A stretch of DNA of 64,000 nucleotides from assembly GCA_009991595.1 (NCBI GenBank), contig JAACVK010000030.1, positions 11,262 to 75,261 of the forward strand, in the 5' to 3' direction. The notes beneath the pieces were generated by a model. That model worked only from the letters and a program-made list of their open reading frames with translations. It ran no database searches and was not told the origin of the DNA. The stretch is from a bacterium. Lineage in GTDB: Bacteria > Bdellovibrionota > UBA2428. Of this stretch, positions 10,022 to 19,307 are shown one piece after another (position 1 is the first letter of the stretch; each line of letters starts with the position of its first letter). A program made the translations under genes and the position numbers.

Positions 10022-10079
10022 AACTTTTCGACCCCAACCATCTGGACTTCCCTAAGCAAGATCCCATATTGATCTAGGT

Positions 10080-10976
10080 ATGAGAACTTTTAGAAACATT
10101 GCACTCATGTTCGCCGTAAACATTGGGATTATAATCACACTGTCCATTGTCCTCTCGCTCCTAGGTGTTGAACCCTACATGCAGAGCTACGGACTCAACT
10201 ACGAATCATTAGCAATCTTTTGTCTTGTCTGGGGAATGGGTGCCTCTTTCATCTCCCTGCTCATGTCCAAAACCATCGTTAAATGGACCATGGGAGTAAA
10301 GGTTCTAAAGGAAAATGAAATCACATCGCCTGAACTCCGGAAACTACACTTAATGCTCCAAAGGCTTTCACTACAAGCGGGATTACCCAAGACCCCTGAG
10401 TTGGGAGTTTACCAAAGCCCTGAAATGAATGCGTTTGCCACAGGTCCTAGTAAGTCACGATCTCTAGTGGCCTTTTCAACAGGCCTCTTAGAGAAAATGA
10501 CGGACGAAGAGATTGAGGGGGTCGCCGCACACGAGATCGCCCACATCGCCAATGGCGACATGATCACAATGACTCTATTACAAGGTGTTGTGAATGCGCT
10601 CATTATGTTTATTGCGAGAATCATTGCCTTTGCCGTGTCTTCACGATTTGAACGCGATTCTCGATATTGGATTCAATTCGTAACAGTCATTGTTGCTCAA
10701 CTAATCCTCGGTGTTTTTGGAGTGATGATCACCTCTTGGTTTTCACGAAAGCGGGAGTTTCGAGCAGACCAAGGTGGAGCTCGCTATGCTGGTCGTTCTA
10801 AAATGATTGCAGCCCTTCAAGCCCTCAACAATAGACATCAAATCGCTGATGACAGAGCCCCTCAAATGGCCGCTCTAAAAATATCTTCCTCTAAAAAGGG
10901 AGGATTTCTTTCGCTTCTATCAACCCACCCTCCCTTGGAGGAGCGCATTGAAGCTTTAAAGAGTGCAAGGATTTAG
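10080..10976 (+). CDS. htpX: M48 family zinc metalloprotease HtpX
   Basis: Two N-terminal TM segments, HEIAHIANGD (HExxH) and C-terminal TM helices. Size and topology are typical of HtpX. Confidence 0.88.
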   Translation: MRTFRNIALMFAVNIGIIITLSIVLSLLGVEPYMQSYGLNYESLAIFCLVWGMGASFISLLMSKTIVKWTMGVKVLKENEITSPELRKLHLMLQRLSLQAGLPKTPELGVYQSPEMNAFATGPSKSRSLVAFSTGLLEKMTDEEIEGVAAHEIAHIANGDMITMTLLQGVVNALIMFIARIIAFAVSSRFERDSRYWIQFVTVIVAQLILGVFGVMITSWFSRKREFRADQGGARYAGRSKMIAALQALNNRHQIADDRAPQMAALKISSSKKGGFLSLLSTHPPLEERIEALKSARI

Positions 10977-11080
10977 AACACTTAGTAAAGAAAACTCTAT
11001 GCGACTAGAACTTAAATCGGCTTTCATCGCCTAAAAGTTTCTTGCAGCCAACAAACGGTAGCTATTAGTTTCGCTTCCGA

Positions 11081-12250
11081 ATGAAAGCTTTACAGACTTT
11101 GAAGGTTTTGCTTCTAGCTATCGCTATGATTGCAGCAAGCGCTCATAGCCAAAGCAATGAAGATCCAAAGCTTTGGACCAGCAGCCTTGAAGGGCCCTTC
11201 AAGCTAGGATTAAAAAATTCTAGTGACCATCAAAACGAAAAAAAATTCTTTTTAAAAGCTGGACTTAACTATGACAAAATCAAAAAACATCTTAGAGCTA
11301 AAGACAAGCAATTAAACTTTTATAAAATTTATGATCGCCCTAACGACGATGACTACCAAAATGAAAAACTTCGCCTTGAGTTAGGCCTAGATGAAGTAGA
11401 GGGCTTTGCTTACAGCACAGCCCGCGTTGTTTTGGCTTTGCAAGTTGTTCCCGCTGCACAAGAAAACTCTTACAGTGTTTATGCTAAGTGGATTGCTCAA
11501 ATGAGCGTAGGCACTCACACCGAAAGCGCACGTTTTTGTGTGATTGAATTTAAAGACAAACAGCTACCACTCACCATAGAATATCCCAGCAATAACATCG
11601 GCCCTAAAAGTGCGAGTCCGCTCAAAAAGGGCTCTTTGATCGTAGGTCCAGATATTTTTATAGGTGAAATCGATCAAAAAAAGGATCAGGACCTTAGTGG
11701 GAGCTTTGCTCTCATGCGAGGCACCCACAGGCACTATGTTGTAGAATATAGAATCATTGTTAAAGACTCTCAGATCTCTGAGGTCGAGCTGAATTCTTCC
11801 AATCAAAACCCTAGCTATAAAGAAACAGATCTCTACCCCATTGCCCAAAGCACTCCTTTGAGTAATATGCACCGAAAGAGTCTTTTCTTTACTCGTTCAG
11901 AGGAAGAGGTCAAAGCTGTAGAAATTACCGGAGATGGCTACCTACAGCTAGGTTCGATCTTTAAAAAGAATAGTTGTCTCGATTGCCATGCATCAGACGT
12001 CTCTGCCGATCAAAAGTTCGACGATGATACGGGCGTCCCAATTGATCCTTCAGATTTATGGTTTTCGCTTGAAGGACTTGTTAAAACTTACCAACACGCC
12101 GAAAGAGAAGACATCGTCTACAATCAAAGTGGTAAAAGGTGGCCTTCAAAAATGAAAAAGCACATTCTTAAAATGCTCCAAGATCAAGAAGACCAAGCTT
12201 ATCTGCAAGAATGGTTTCGAAAACACATCGAGTCGCTAAAGAGTCATTAG
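11081..12250 (+). CDS. hypothetical secreted protein with a single CxxCH motif (possible c-type heme site)
   Basis: Signal peptide MKALQTLKVLLLAIAMIAASAHS. CLDCHAS sits near residue 300. No other recognisable family motif. Confidence 0.6.
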   Translation: MKALQTLKVLLLAIAMIAASAHSQSNEDPKLWTSSLEGPFKLGLKNSSDHQNEKKFFLKAGLNYDKIKKHLRAKDKQLNFYKIYDRPNDDDYQNEKLRLELGLDEVEGFAYSTARVVLALQVVPAAQENSYSVYAKWIAQMSVGTHTESARFCVIEFKDKQLPLTIEYPSNNIGPKSASPLKKGSLIVGPDIFIGEIDQKKDQDLSGSFALMRGTHRHYVVEYRIIVKDSQISEVELNSSNQNPSYKETDLYPIAQSTPLSNMHRKSLFFTRSEEEVKAVEITGDGYLQLGSIFKKNSCLDCHASDVSADQKFDDDTGVPIDPSDLWFSLEGLVKTYQHAEREDIVYNQSGKRWPSKMKKHILKMLQDQEDQAYLQEWFRKHIESLKSH

Positions 12251-12711
12251 AACTCGAGGACCTTTTTCTTAGTTGGAAGAGTTTTTATGCCTTCTTCAAA
12301 AAGAACATCCATTTTTGTGCCCCTAATTTTTTGTATGGCACCCTTACCAAAGCTTTGATGTTTAATGACCTGTCCTTCTTCAAAACTTGATTTAGGGTCA
12401 TAAACAATGGCTTCTTTATCAACCCCCCAGGCCTTGATTTGCGAAAACCAAGTGTCTCTAAGGGCTGGGCTAAATGCCGCATTTTTTTCTGTAGCGGGAG
12501 ATCTTCGAATCACGGACGAACGAGTCGACGAACTAGCAACAATCTTTTTTGTGGGGCGATATTTATGCTCACTACCACAAGATTTACAAATAACCCGGTC
12601 CACAATCCCTTGAGCATTGTGATTCCGAACGACATGCCATGTTTCAATTTTTTCTCGAGTGCAAAGAGTATACAAATCTGCGGCAACAGGTGTCTTATCG
12701 GGGTTTTGCAT
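12247..12711 (-). CDS. hypothetical protein with N-terminal zinc-ribbon-like Cys/His cluster
   Basis: 154 aa. C-x24-CxxC with intervening His (LCTREKIETWHVVRNHNAQGIVDRVICKSCG). C-terminal GQVIKHQSFGKGAIQKI motif. Stop overlaps the stop of the convergent 11081-12250 gene. Confidence 0.5.
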   Translation of the reverse strand: MQNPDKTPVAADLYTLCTREKIETWHVVRNHNAQGIVDRVICKSCGSEHKYRPTKKIVASSSTRSSVIRRSPATEKNAAFSPALRDTWFSQIKAWGVDKEAIVYDPKSSFEEGQVIKHQSFGKGAIQKIRGTKMDVLFEEGIKTLPTKKKVLEF

Positions 12712-12808
12712 AAGTTTAAAGACTTATTATAAACTGCTTCATGAGTCTTGAGAAAGTTCTCAATAGTCAACAAATCCTCGGATGGAGACAATGCTGCTCC
12801 GAGAGTCT

Positions 12809-13306
12809 TTAATAGCCCGATTCTTGGTAAAGCTCTGGGTAATCAACAAAGCCCCAGATCAAAGGAACTCCACGACCAGCTGAGACAGCCGCTATATTCA
12901 ATCCATCAGAACTCGGTCCTGTTGCGGACTCTAGAAGATATTCTTCGTATTCCTCAATATAGACACCATTTTTAGGGTTAACCTCGAAATAGCCACCAGC
13001 TGGAATAGTGACCTGATCTGCAAGTAAATGCCATGTGGATTGCCCAGCAGCCCTTGCTAGCAATCGATAAGGGGTAATGGCTGGATTAAAATCCAACTGA
13101 GTAATGGTTACAATTGCGTAATTTTCCGTAATATTAGGCTCGATGGACATGCAGCGAAGCTCGTCCCCCGAAGCACCCGTGGCGCAAACCTCTTGGGCCG
13201 CCCAGATTTCAGAGTTCTGATCAATATTGCCACGCCTAGATTGCGAACAATGACTTAGACCAGCTACAACCGCTAAGCTCAACAGTAATTTCTTAAAGCC
13301 CCTCAC
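12809..13306 (-). CDS. hypothetical secreted/lipoprotein-like protein
   Basis: 165 aa. N-terminal MRGFKKLLLSLAVVAGLSHCS is signal-peptide-like. No family motif recognised. Confidence 0.5.
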   Translation of the reverse strand: MRGFKKLLLSLAVVAGLSHCSQSRRGNIDQNSEIWAAQEVCATGASGDELRCMSIEPNITENYAIVTITQLDFNPAITPYRLLARAAGQSTWHLLADQVTIPAGGYFEVNPKNGVYIEEYEEYLLESATGPSSDGLNIAAVSAGRGVPLIWGFVDYPELYQESGY

Positions 13307-13537
13307 TCTTGTTTGCTCCCTCTGTTAAGAAGGATGCAGAAGGCGTGCCAAGCTAGATTATTCGTATTTTCGGGTGTTTACAGCCATATGTTAAGAAATT
13401 ATTAAGAGAACTTTTCGACGTATGTTGATTTTTTAGACACCCACTACCCATTTACGGAGCTTTCAAAGTTCCCATATCAGCGCTCCAAGTGCCCGTGAAA
13501 AGGTAGCGGGTATCTGTGAAAAGTAAACGGATACGTT

Positions 13538-14182
13538 TTAGAGGATTCTTTTGCAATAATCTCTGGTCCAGGAGCGGATCTTAGCTGAGTTTGCTTCAGA
13601 GCGCAGCACAGCCCAATAGCGTGCGCCCCCTCGCCAAGCTCCATTAACTCTGCCAGCGATCCTACGATCACGCCTCATCCAGTAATCTAGAATCTTCACA
13701 CCACAACGCAGATTCTTAGTCGGGCTGTGAAGGTCGGACTCAGATGTGAAGCCACAGCCATAAGGCTTGGAGGATTGATACGAGATTTGAAGAAGTCCTC
13801 GACTGTATACAACCCGGCCTTGATCATCTCTGAAACTTTCTCGATACTTTAGGTTTGGATTGAAGTTACTTTCCAATTGAGCAATTGAACTCAATAGATA
13901 AACGTAGAAGTTTTGCCTTTCGGAGTTAGAGGCGTTTCGAAGTTCGGGACAAAAAGATTGATAATCCCCTGGCAATGTAGAAATCAACGCACTTCCGTCT
14001 TTCTTTACAGAAGAAAAGGTTTGAGTTGTCCATTCACGAGTTCCAGAGCGAAAGCTCTCCCACCTGGCTGGTAAAATTCCCTGAGGGCTACTCCAATCAA
14101 TAACAATAGGCGACTTAGCCCCCTTAGCCCAAACATTCGATAACACTGTAGCAAACAAAACGATGATCCCTATCTGTTTCAT
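13538..14182 (-). CDS. secreted lytic transglycosylase (SLT/lysozyme-like) domain protein
   Basis: Signal peptide MKQIGIIVLFATVLSNVWA (start taken at the internal ATG at 14182). Family-1 SLT motifs are present (IAQLESNFNPN with catalytic Glu, GLLQISY). Confidence 0.5.
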   Translation of the reverse strand: MKQIGIIVLFATVLSNVWAKGAKSPIVIDWSSPQGILPARWESFRSGTREWTTQTFSSVKKDGSALISTLPGDYQSFCPELRNASNSERQNFYVYLLSSIAQLESNFNPNLKYRESFRDDQGRVVYSRGLLQISYQSSKPYGCGFTSESDLHSPTKNLRCGVKILDYWMRRDRRIAGRVNGAWRGGARYWAVLRSEANSAKIRSWTRDYCKRIL

Positions 14183-14399
14183 ACGCCCCCCCAAGGTGCC
14201 TGGGAAAAACCCCATTTAACCAGGGTAGAGTAATTCGAAAAAATTACGAACGTAGCCCAATAAAGAACTGTTGCAGTGCAAAAGTTTATTGAGTCATTGA
14301 AAATAAACAAAGATCAATGATTTATACATAGACCTTAATTTTCACTCCAAGCTTTAGTCCATTTTAAATTTTTACAGATGCTTATTTTGAATATTCAAT

Positions 14400-15113
14400 T
14401 TAACGAACTAACAAGTTTTGTTCGCTAAAATCAGAAGGTTTCTCAACGTCCACGGAACTCCAAGAAGCATTGGTCAACCAATACTGAGGAAGAGCTGTGA
14501 TTCGCTTCGCTCTCTCAACAGCCGACTCTGTAAAATCATTGGCCTCGAAAGACTTATTGTATTCTTCTTTAAGAAGCGCTCTCCAGTCCTTAAAAACTGG
14601 AGCAGAGCTAAAGCTATCAGGATGTGGACTTTCCTTAGCTTGCCATGAAGCTGCCAAGTAAAGATCTCGGATGGCAATTCGACATTGCTCAGGCTCGGTC
14701 AAAACGTCCATCTCGAAACGTCCTAAAAAAACCGGGCCCTCGTGCTTAGAACCATTCTGAATTAAAAATTCTTTCTTTAAAGCAATCGCTAAAGAAGTAT
14801 TTAAACTCTTAAAACTTTTTTCTAATTGATCTTGATTTTTAAACTCGCAGATCATTACAATCCTAAAGTCAGTGATCGCAAAATGAATCACTCGCAAACC
14901 AAATCGACGGGCTCTAAGGCAAGCCTTCTCAAAAACTTCGAAAATATTTTCGTTTCTTAGGCTGGGTAGAGTTTTACGAATCTTGAGAGTTACCTTCAAA
15001 GGTCTTCGACTACCAACACGTGGCCTCTTCAGATGAGAAACCATAGGGGAAGTTTTTGGTCTTCCTGCACCTTCTCTTTTACCGCCCCAAGACATATCAA
15101 CGGATACTAACAA
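14400..15113 (-). CDS. hypothetical protein with N-terminal AT-hook-like basic motif (GGKREGAGRPK)
   Basis: 237 aa. N-terminus SWGGKREGAGRPKTSP...KRPRVGSRRP is AT-hook-like and DNA-binding-like. An AT-rich 185-bp spacer lies upstream. No HuH or DDE transposase motif found. Confidence 0.5.
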   Translation of the reverse strand: MLVSVDMSWGGKREGAGRPKTSPMVSHLKRPRVGSRRPLKVTLKIRKTLPSLRNENIFEVFEKACLRARRFGLRVIHFAITDFRIVMICEFKNQDQLEKSFKSLNTSLAIALKKEFLIQNGSKHEGPVFLGRFEMDVLTEPEQCRIAIRDLYLAASWQAKESPHPDSFSSAPVFKDWRALLKEEYNKSFEANDFTESAVERAKRITALPQYWLTNASWSSVDVEKPSDFSEQNLLVR

Positions 15114-15159
15114 GTTCTGAATTTTTTTCTAGTAGACATAACGATTAATTTTCAAACAG

Positions 15160-16683
15160 CTAGTCTTGACGAGTTCTTCGCTGAGCCTTTTTCACAGGGA
15201 GATCTGCATATATAACGCGTTCACCAAACAGAGGGCCTTCAGCCAAAACTTCACCCCAAGGCGCAACAACCATTGACACCCCTGTATTTGTTGCTCTCAA
15301 GAAAGGAAGAGACACTCTAGCTGCTTGCCAGCGAGCTAAACGAGCATGCATAAAAGGTTCAACTGTTTTTCCGAACCAAGAATCGTTTGTAGGGTTATAA
15401 ATAACAATCTCACGTCCAGGATACTTTTTCTTAGCCAAATCTATTGCTGCATTGAGCATGTCATCAAAAAGCATTTCATAACAAATGACCGGTAAAAAAA
15501 CAGGCCCATTGGGATCTGGATGGGCTAGAAGCTTCGGACCTTCTCCTCGACCAAAATGATTAACTTGAGGAACCCATTCGTAGACTTGAGGAACTAGGAA
15601 ATCTCCGGGGAAATATTCACCGTAAGGCATCAAGGCAATTTTTCTATAATGATCAACGTATCCCACGTCTTCGTGAAGAAGCAGAGCAATATTATATTCA
15701 GTGGCCTTCTCCTTGCCGTTAAACATCATCGTTCCATCTTCATAGGCTCCAACTAAATGCAAACCACGAGACATATTCACCCAAAAATCCAACTGATCTT
15801 GCATATGCCGATCTCTTAGCGGAAATCCAGGGAAAGACGTTTCTGGCCAAACATACCAAGGCTCCAGAGCATCGTTTCCAGTAGCAATTTCTGCATAGGT
15901 GGTCGCGGCTTCTTCAATCAAATTCCTGTAGATGCTTAAAACATTACGAACGGTTGGTTCAACGCCAGCATCCGTCTGACGCTTTTCATAATTTCCAATA
16001 TTTCCTTGAAGAAGAGCCACAGGTTGTCTCTGAGAATACTCTTTCTTCAAGCTATCCCGATGAGAGCGCCCAACCATCATCGCTCCACCCAACAATGACA
16101 AAAACAAAAAGGAAGAAACAATTCGAGCCTTTTGCCTTTCTCGGGAAAATAGAACAACAAAAGTAAGTGCTGACAGAGCAAAGAACAAAAAACGCCAAGC
16201 AAGTGAATCGAAAACTCCCACAGAGGCCAAAAGATAGTCGTTGCTAGCCAAAGCCATCATGGGCGACCACGGGAAAAGTCGAATGTCTTGGTAGTCCCAT
16301 AGAACAAAAAACAAAAGCAAAAGCAACAATCGAAAATAGATTGACCGATTCTTGAATTTTAACTGGAGCAGCTGCCAAACAAAACCAAAGCCAGCTGAAA
16401 TCAACCCCAAAGCAAAAAAGAGTAAAACAGCAATCGGTATACTTAAGAACCAAGAAAACTCGGCAAACTCATGAATGGTATAGGCCAACCAATAGAAACC
16501 TACGAAGTTACAACCAACAGCAAAGGTCCCGAAAAATAGAGCCATTCTCCGAGGAGTTTCTTGTAGATCAACTAGCTTTACGATCAAAAGCGCAATCGCC
16601 ACAAAAGAGAGAGGCCACAACGACAAAGTAGGAAAGGCTACTGCCAAAAGGCAGGCAGCAAGAAGAGCTCTAAGAATCAGCAT
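15160..16683 (-). CDS. lnt: apolipoprotein N-acyltransferase Lnt
   Basis: Multi-TM N-terminal half plus a C-terminal carbon-nitrogen hydrolase domain (catalytic-Cys context LPVICYEMLFDD). 507 aa. Confidence 0.88.
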   Translation of the reverse strand: MLILRALLAACLLAVAFPTLSLWPLSFVAIALLIVKLVDLQETPRRMALFFGTFAVGCNFVGFYWLAYTIHEFAEFSWFLSIPIAVLLFFALGLISAGFGFVWQLLQLKFKNRSIYFRLLLLLLFFVLWDYQDIRLFPWSPMMALASNDYLLASVGVFDSLAWRFLFFALSALTFVVLFSRERQKARIVSSFLFLSLLGGAMMVGRSHRDSLKKEYSQRQPVALLQGNIGNYEKRQTDAGVEPTVRNVLSIYRNLIEEAATTYAEIATGNDALEPWYVWPETSFPGFPLRDRHMQDQLDFWVNMSRGLHLVGAYEDGTMMFNGKEKATEYNIALLLHEDVGYVDHYRKIALMPYGEYFPGDFLVPQVYEWVPQVNHFGRGEGPKLLAHPDPNGPVFLPVICYEMLFDDMLNAAIDLAKKKYPGREIVIYNPTNDSWFGKTVEPFMHARLARWQAARVSLPFLRATNTGVSMVVAPWGEVLAEGPLFGERVIYADLPVKKAQRRTRQD

Positions 16684-17419
16684 TTTTCAAAAAATCTCTA
16701 ACGACCCGATTCATTTTCCCAACTACCTCAGGGAGGCTACAATCGGTTGAATCAATTAAAAGCGCATCTTCCGCTTGTTTAAGTGGAGCCACTTCTCGAT
16801 TTCGATCTTGATCGTCTCTCATTTTAGTTTCCTTAATCACTTGCTCTAAAGCCTTTTCTACCCCAGCTACTTGCAGTTCTTCCAAGCGACGTTGAGCACG
16901 ACTCTCCAAAGAAGCTGTCAGGAAAAACTTAATCTGTGCCTTGGGAAATATAACCGTTCCAATGTCTCGCCCTTCCATGACGATGCCACCTTGATCTCCA
17001 AATTTTCGCTGAACTTCGACCAAAGCCTTTCGAACCATAGGCAATTTAGAAACATTCGAAGCGGCAATGCCAAGCTCCGGGCTTCGAATTGCATCGGTCA
17101 CGTCTACCGAGTTACAATAAACATGAAGACGAGGGATATTGAGTCCATTCTTATCCAAATGATGAGTATTCTCTAAACTCCCGAACTGAAACTTAAGAGA
17201 ACGGCACAAGTCAGCCAAGGCCACTTCTTCATCCAAGCCAATACCGGCTTCCATAGCCTGCATAGCCAAGGAGCGATAAATTGCGCCCGTATCGATCAGT
17301 ATAAAACCTAGTTGAGAGGCCAAGAGTCTTGCCGCTGTGCTTTTTCCAGCGCCCGCAGGCCCGTCAATTGCAATGATGGGAAGATGACTACCGGTGGTTC
17401 GAATCAGCTCTAACGACAT
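16670..17419 (-). CDS. cmk: cytidylate kinase
   Basis: P-loop IIAIDGPAGAGKST and Cmk-typical TGAIYRSLA. 249 aa. Confidence 0.9.
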   Translation of the reverse strand: MSLELIRTTGSHLPIIAIDGPAGAGKSTAARLLASQLGFILIDTGAIYRSLAMQAMEAGIGLDEEVALADLCRSLKFQFGSLENTHHLDKNGLNIPRLHVYCNSVDVTDAIRSPELGIAASNVSKLPMVRKALVEVQRKFGDQGGIVMEGRDIGTVIFPKAQIKFFLTASLESRAQRRLEELQVAGVEKALEQVIKETKMRDDQDRNREVAPLKQAEDALLIDSTDCSLPEVVGKMNRVVRDFLKNADS

Positions 17420-18498
17420 TACTGTATTGAATAGTCTTTTTGAGAGACTCCATCAAGGCAGCTTTCAACCCTTTTGAGCACGATTTCTGAGGAAAGTTTC
17501 TTCATACAATTGTGGTGACCCAAGGGACAATTCCTGGGGCCGTGAATGTCACAGGGCCTACACGCCATCTCTAGGCCCAGTGCATGAGCTCCTGAACGCC
17601 TCCAAGGCGCAAATCCAAGCTCTGGAACTGTTGGCCCAAACAAAGCAATCACTGGCCGATTGAGGTCACTAGCAACATGCACTGCAGCGGAATCTCCACT
17701 CAATAAAACATCCGATTCTTCGATCAATTTCACCCATTCTGAGACCGTAGTTTTGCCGCTGTAATCTTCGAGCAAGGGCGATGCCAACTGCTCTTTTATG
17801 ACGGAATACAACTCGGCAGTCGTCCCATCCCCTAAGAGTCTCAAAGTCACCCCCTTTTTTAAAAGGTCTCGGCACAACTCTAGGGCCTGAGTCATATCCC
17901 ATCGTTTAGTGGGCCAAGGACTCCCTAAAGACAAGCTAACGATCGGGCCACCTCCCCTCACTTTTATCTGAGAGGAGGCCAATATAGAAAGTGCAGTTTT
18001 AGAGGACCAAGTTAGATCGGCCTCTGCAAAAACAGCTCTCAAGAGAGATAGGTTTTTATTGAGCTCATGCTCGCCTTGATCCCAAGACCGAGGAACATTG
18101 TCCGAATAAAAGAAAGAAGCTGCACCACTTGAAAAACCAATGACTCGCTTGGCCCTCAATATCCATGCGAGAAAACCCGACCTAAAGCTTCGCTGAAGAC
18201 AAAAAACGTTCTCAATCATTTCGCCCGGAAATTTCTCCAAAATCTTTCTTCTAAGTTCAAAAAAAGAAAAAAAGCCACGGTGTTCTCCACGCTTATCCCA
18301 AGAAACGATCTGAATGCGATTTGAAAACGGAGACAAGCCACGACTCAACGCCAGCTGAAACAGATCCAAATTGCGCGGAGCCGCAACAATTACAAGATTG
18401 TCAGAACTCAACTCCATCAGCCTATAAATTGTAGGCAAACTTAGAATAGAGTCACCGACAAAGGAAGTTTGAATCAAAACATTCATAGGGCCTTCCAT
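17419..18498 (-). CDS. ADP-heptose:LPS heptosyltransferase (glycosyltransferase family 9)
   Basis: GT9 N-terminal motif (NVLIQTSFVGDSILSLPTIYRL) and C-terminal GDSAAVHVASDLNRPVIALFGPT. Start may be the ATG five codons in (18486). Confidence 0.8.
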   Translation of the reverse strand: MEGPMNVLIQTSFVGDSILSLPTIYRLMELSSDNLVIVAAPRNLDLFQLALSRGLSPFSNRIQIVSWDKRGEHRGFFSFFELRRKILEKFPGEMIENVFCLQRSFRSGFLAWILRAKRVIGFSSGAASFFYSDNVPRSWDQGEHELNKNLSLLRAVFAEADLTWSSKTALSILASSQIKVRGGGPIVSLSLGSPWPTKRWDMTQALELCRDLLKKGVTLRLLGDGTTAELYSVIKEQLASPLLEDYSGKTTVSEWVKLIEESDVLLSGDSAAVHVASDLNRPVIALFGPTVPELGFAPWRRSGAHALGLEMACRPCDIHGPRNCPLGHHNCMKKLSSEIVLKRVESCLDGVSQKDYSIQ

Positions 18499-19307
18499 TG
18501 CTTAAACAATTTTCTAGCTTTTGTCAGACGCCAGAACAAACTTTGAGCAGAGCCCCTCGCAATCAAAAAGCCCACACGCCCGTCCAAAAAACCCAACTTT
18601 AATACATAGTTTTCAAAAAACTTTACAAGGACTTTTATAAAAACCTCAGGATAGGAATAAACGCGCTTTTCGCCCCGATGATATTGAGAAGCCAGGCCTT
18701 CTGCGAGCAAACTCGAATACCTCCAATTGGTCTCTCGATGTTCTCGTTTGTCTTTAAACGGTTCATGCCCAAAATGACCGTCCATTCGAGCCACTTCACC
18801 CCTTTTCTCGATCGAGAAAAGGTTTTCATGAACGTCGGCATTTCGAGGGCCTCTTTTCCACTCAATCGCACCGACTCTTCCTAAACGTCTCTTGAAATCC
18901 GGATACCAGCCACCGAAACGCACCCACTGCCCCAAGTAAAAGCTCTTTCTTGCAATACTATAAACATCCCCTTGAAGTTCTGAAAATTTAACTCGAGATA
19001 ACTCCAGATCGAGATCGGATTCAATCCACTCATCCGCATCTATCCACAACACCCACTCTGTTCGAACCCAACGCAAAGAAAAGTTTCGGGCATCCGTAAA
19101 ACCCTTCCACTCTCGACTCAAAAACATCAAGTCATGAGAGGCTCTTCCCAGTTGCTTCCAAGCCATGCGCACCTGCTCAAAAGTTTCGTCCGTCGAGAAC
19201 GTGTCGATTATAATTAATTTAGAAAACTGCGATAAAGAAGAAACACAGCGCTCCACTCGAGCCCCTTCTTCTTTAGTTAAAATGACTGCAGTTAGTTCTT
19301 TTCTCAC
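18483..19307 (-). CDS. glycosyltransferase family 2 (LPS core glycosyltransferase-like)
   Basis: GT2 motifs AVILTKEEGARVERCV and LIIIDTFSTDET, with a DxD-like IDADEWI. Confidence 0.78.
   Translation of the reverse strand: MRKELTAVILTKEEGARVERCVSSLSQFSKLIIIDTFSTDETFEQVRMAWKQLGRASHDLMFLSREWKGFTDARNFSLRWVRTEWVLWIDADEWIESDLDLELSRVKFSELQGDVYSIARKSFYLGQWVRFGGWYPDFKRRLGRVGAIEWKRGPRNADVHENLFSIEKRGEVARMDGHFGHEPFKDKREHRETNWRYSSLLAEGLASQYHRGEKRVYSYPEVFIKVLVKFFENYVLKLGFLDGRVGFLIARGSAQSLFWRLTKARKLFKQWKAL

Noticed and set aside
10030-10079. A sigma-32-type heat-shock promoter upstream of htpX
   Set aside because: Only a partial -10-like element (CCCATAT) is present. No TTGAAA-like -35 lies at the correct spacing. 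There is not enough evidence to call a promoter.
14400-15113. Possible IS200/IS605-type or other transposase
   Set aside because: No His-hydrophobic-His or catalytic Tyr arrangement and no DDE triad could be recognised. No terminal inverted repeats were seen in the flanks. It was kept as a hypothetical AT-hook protein instead.
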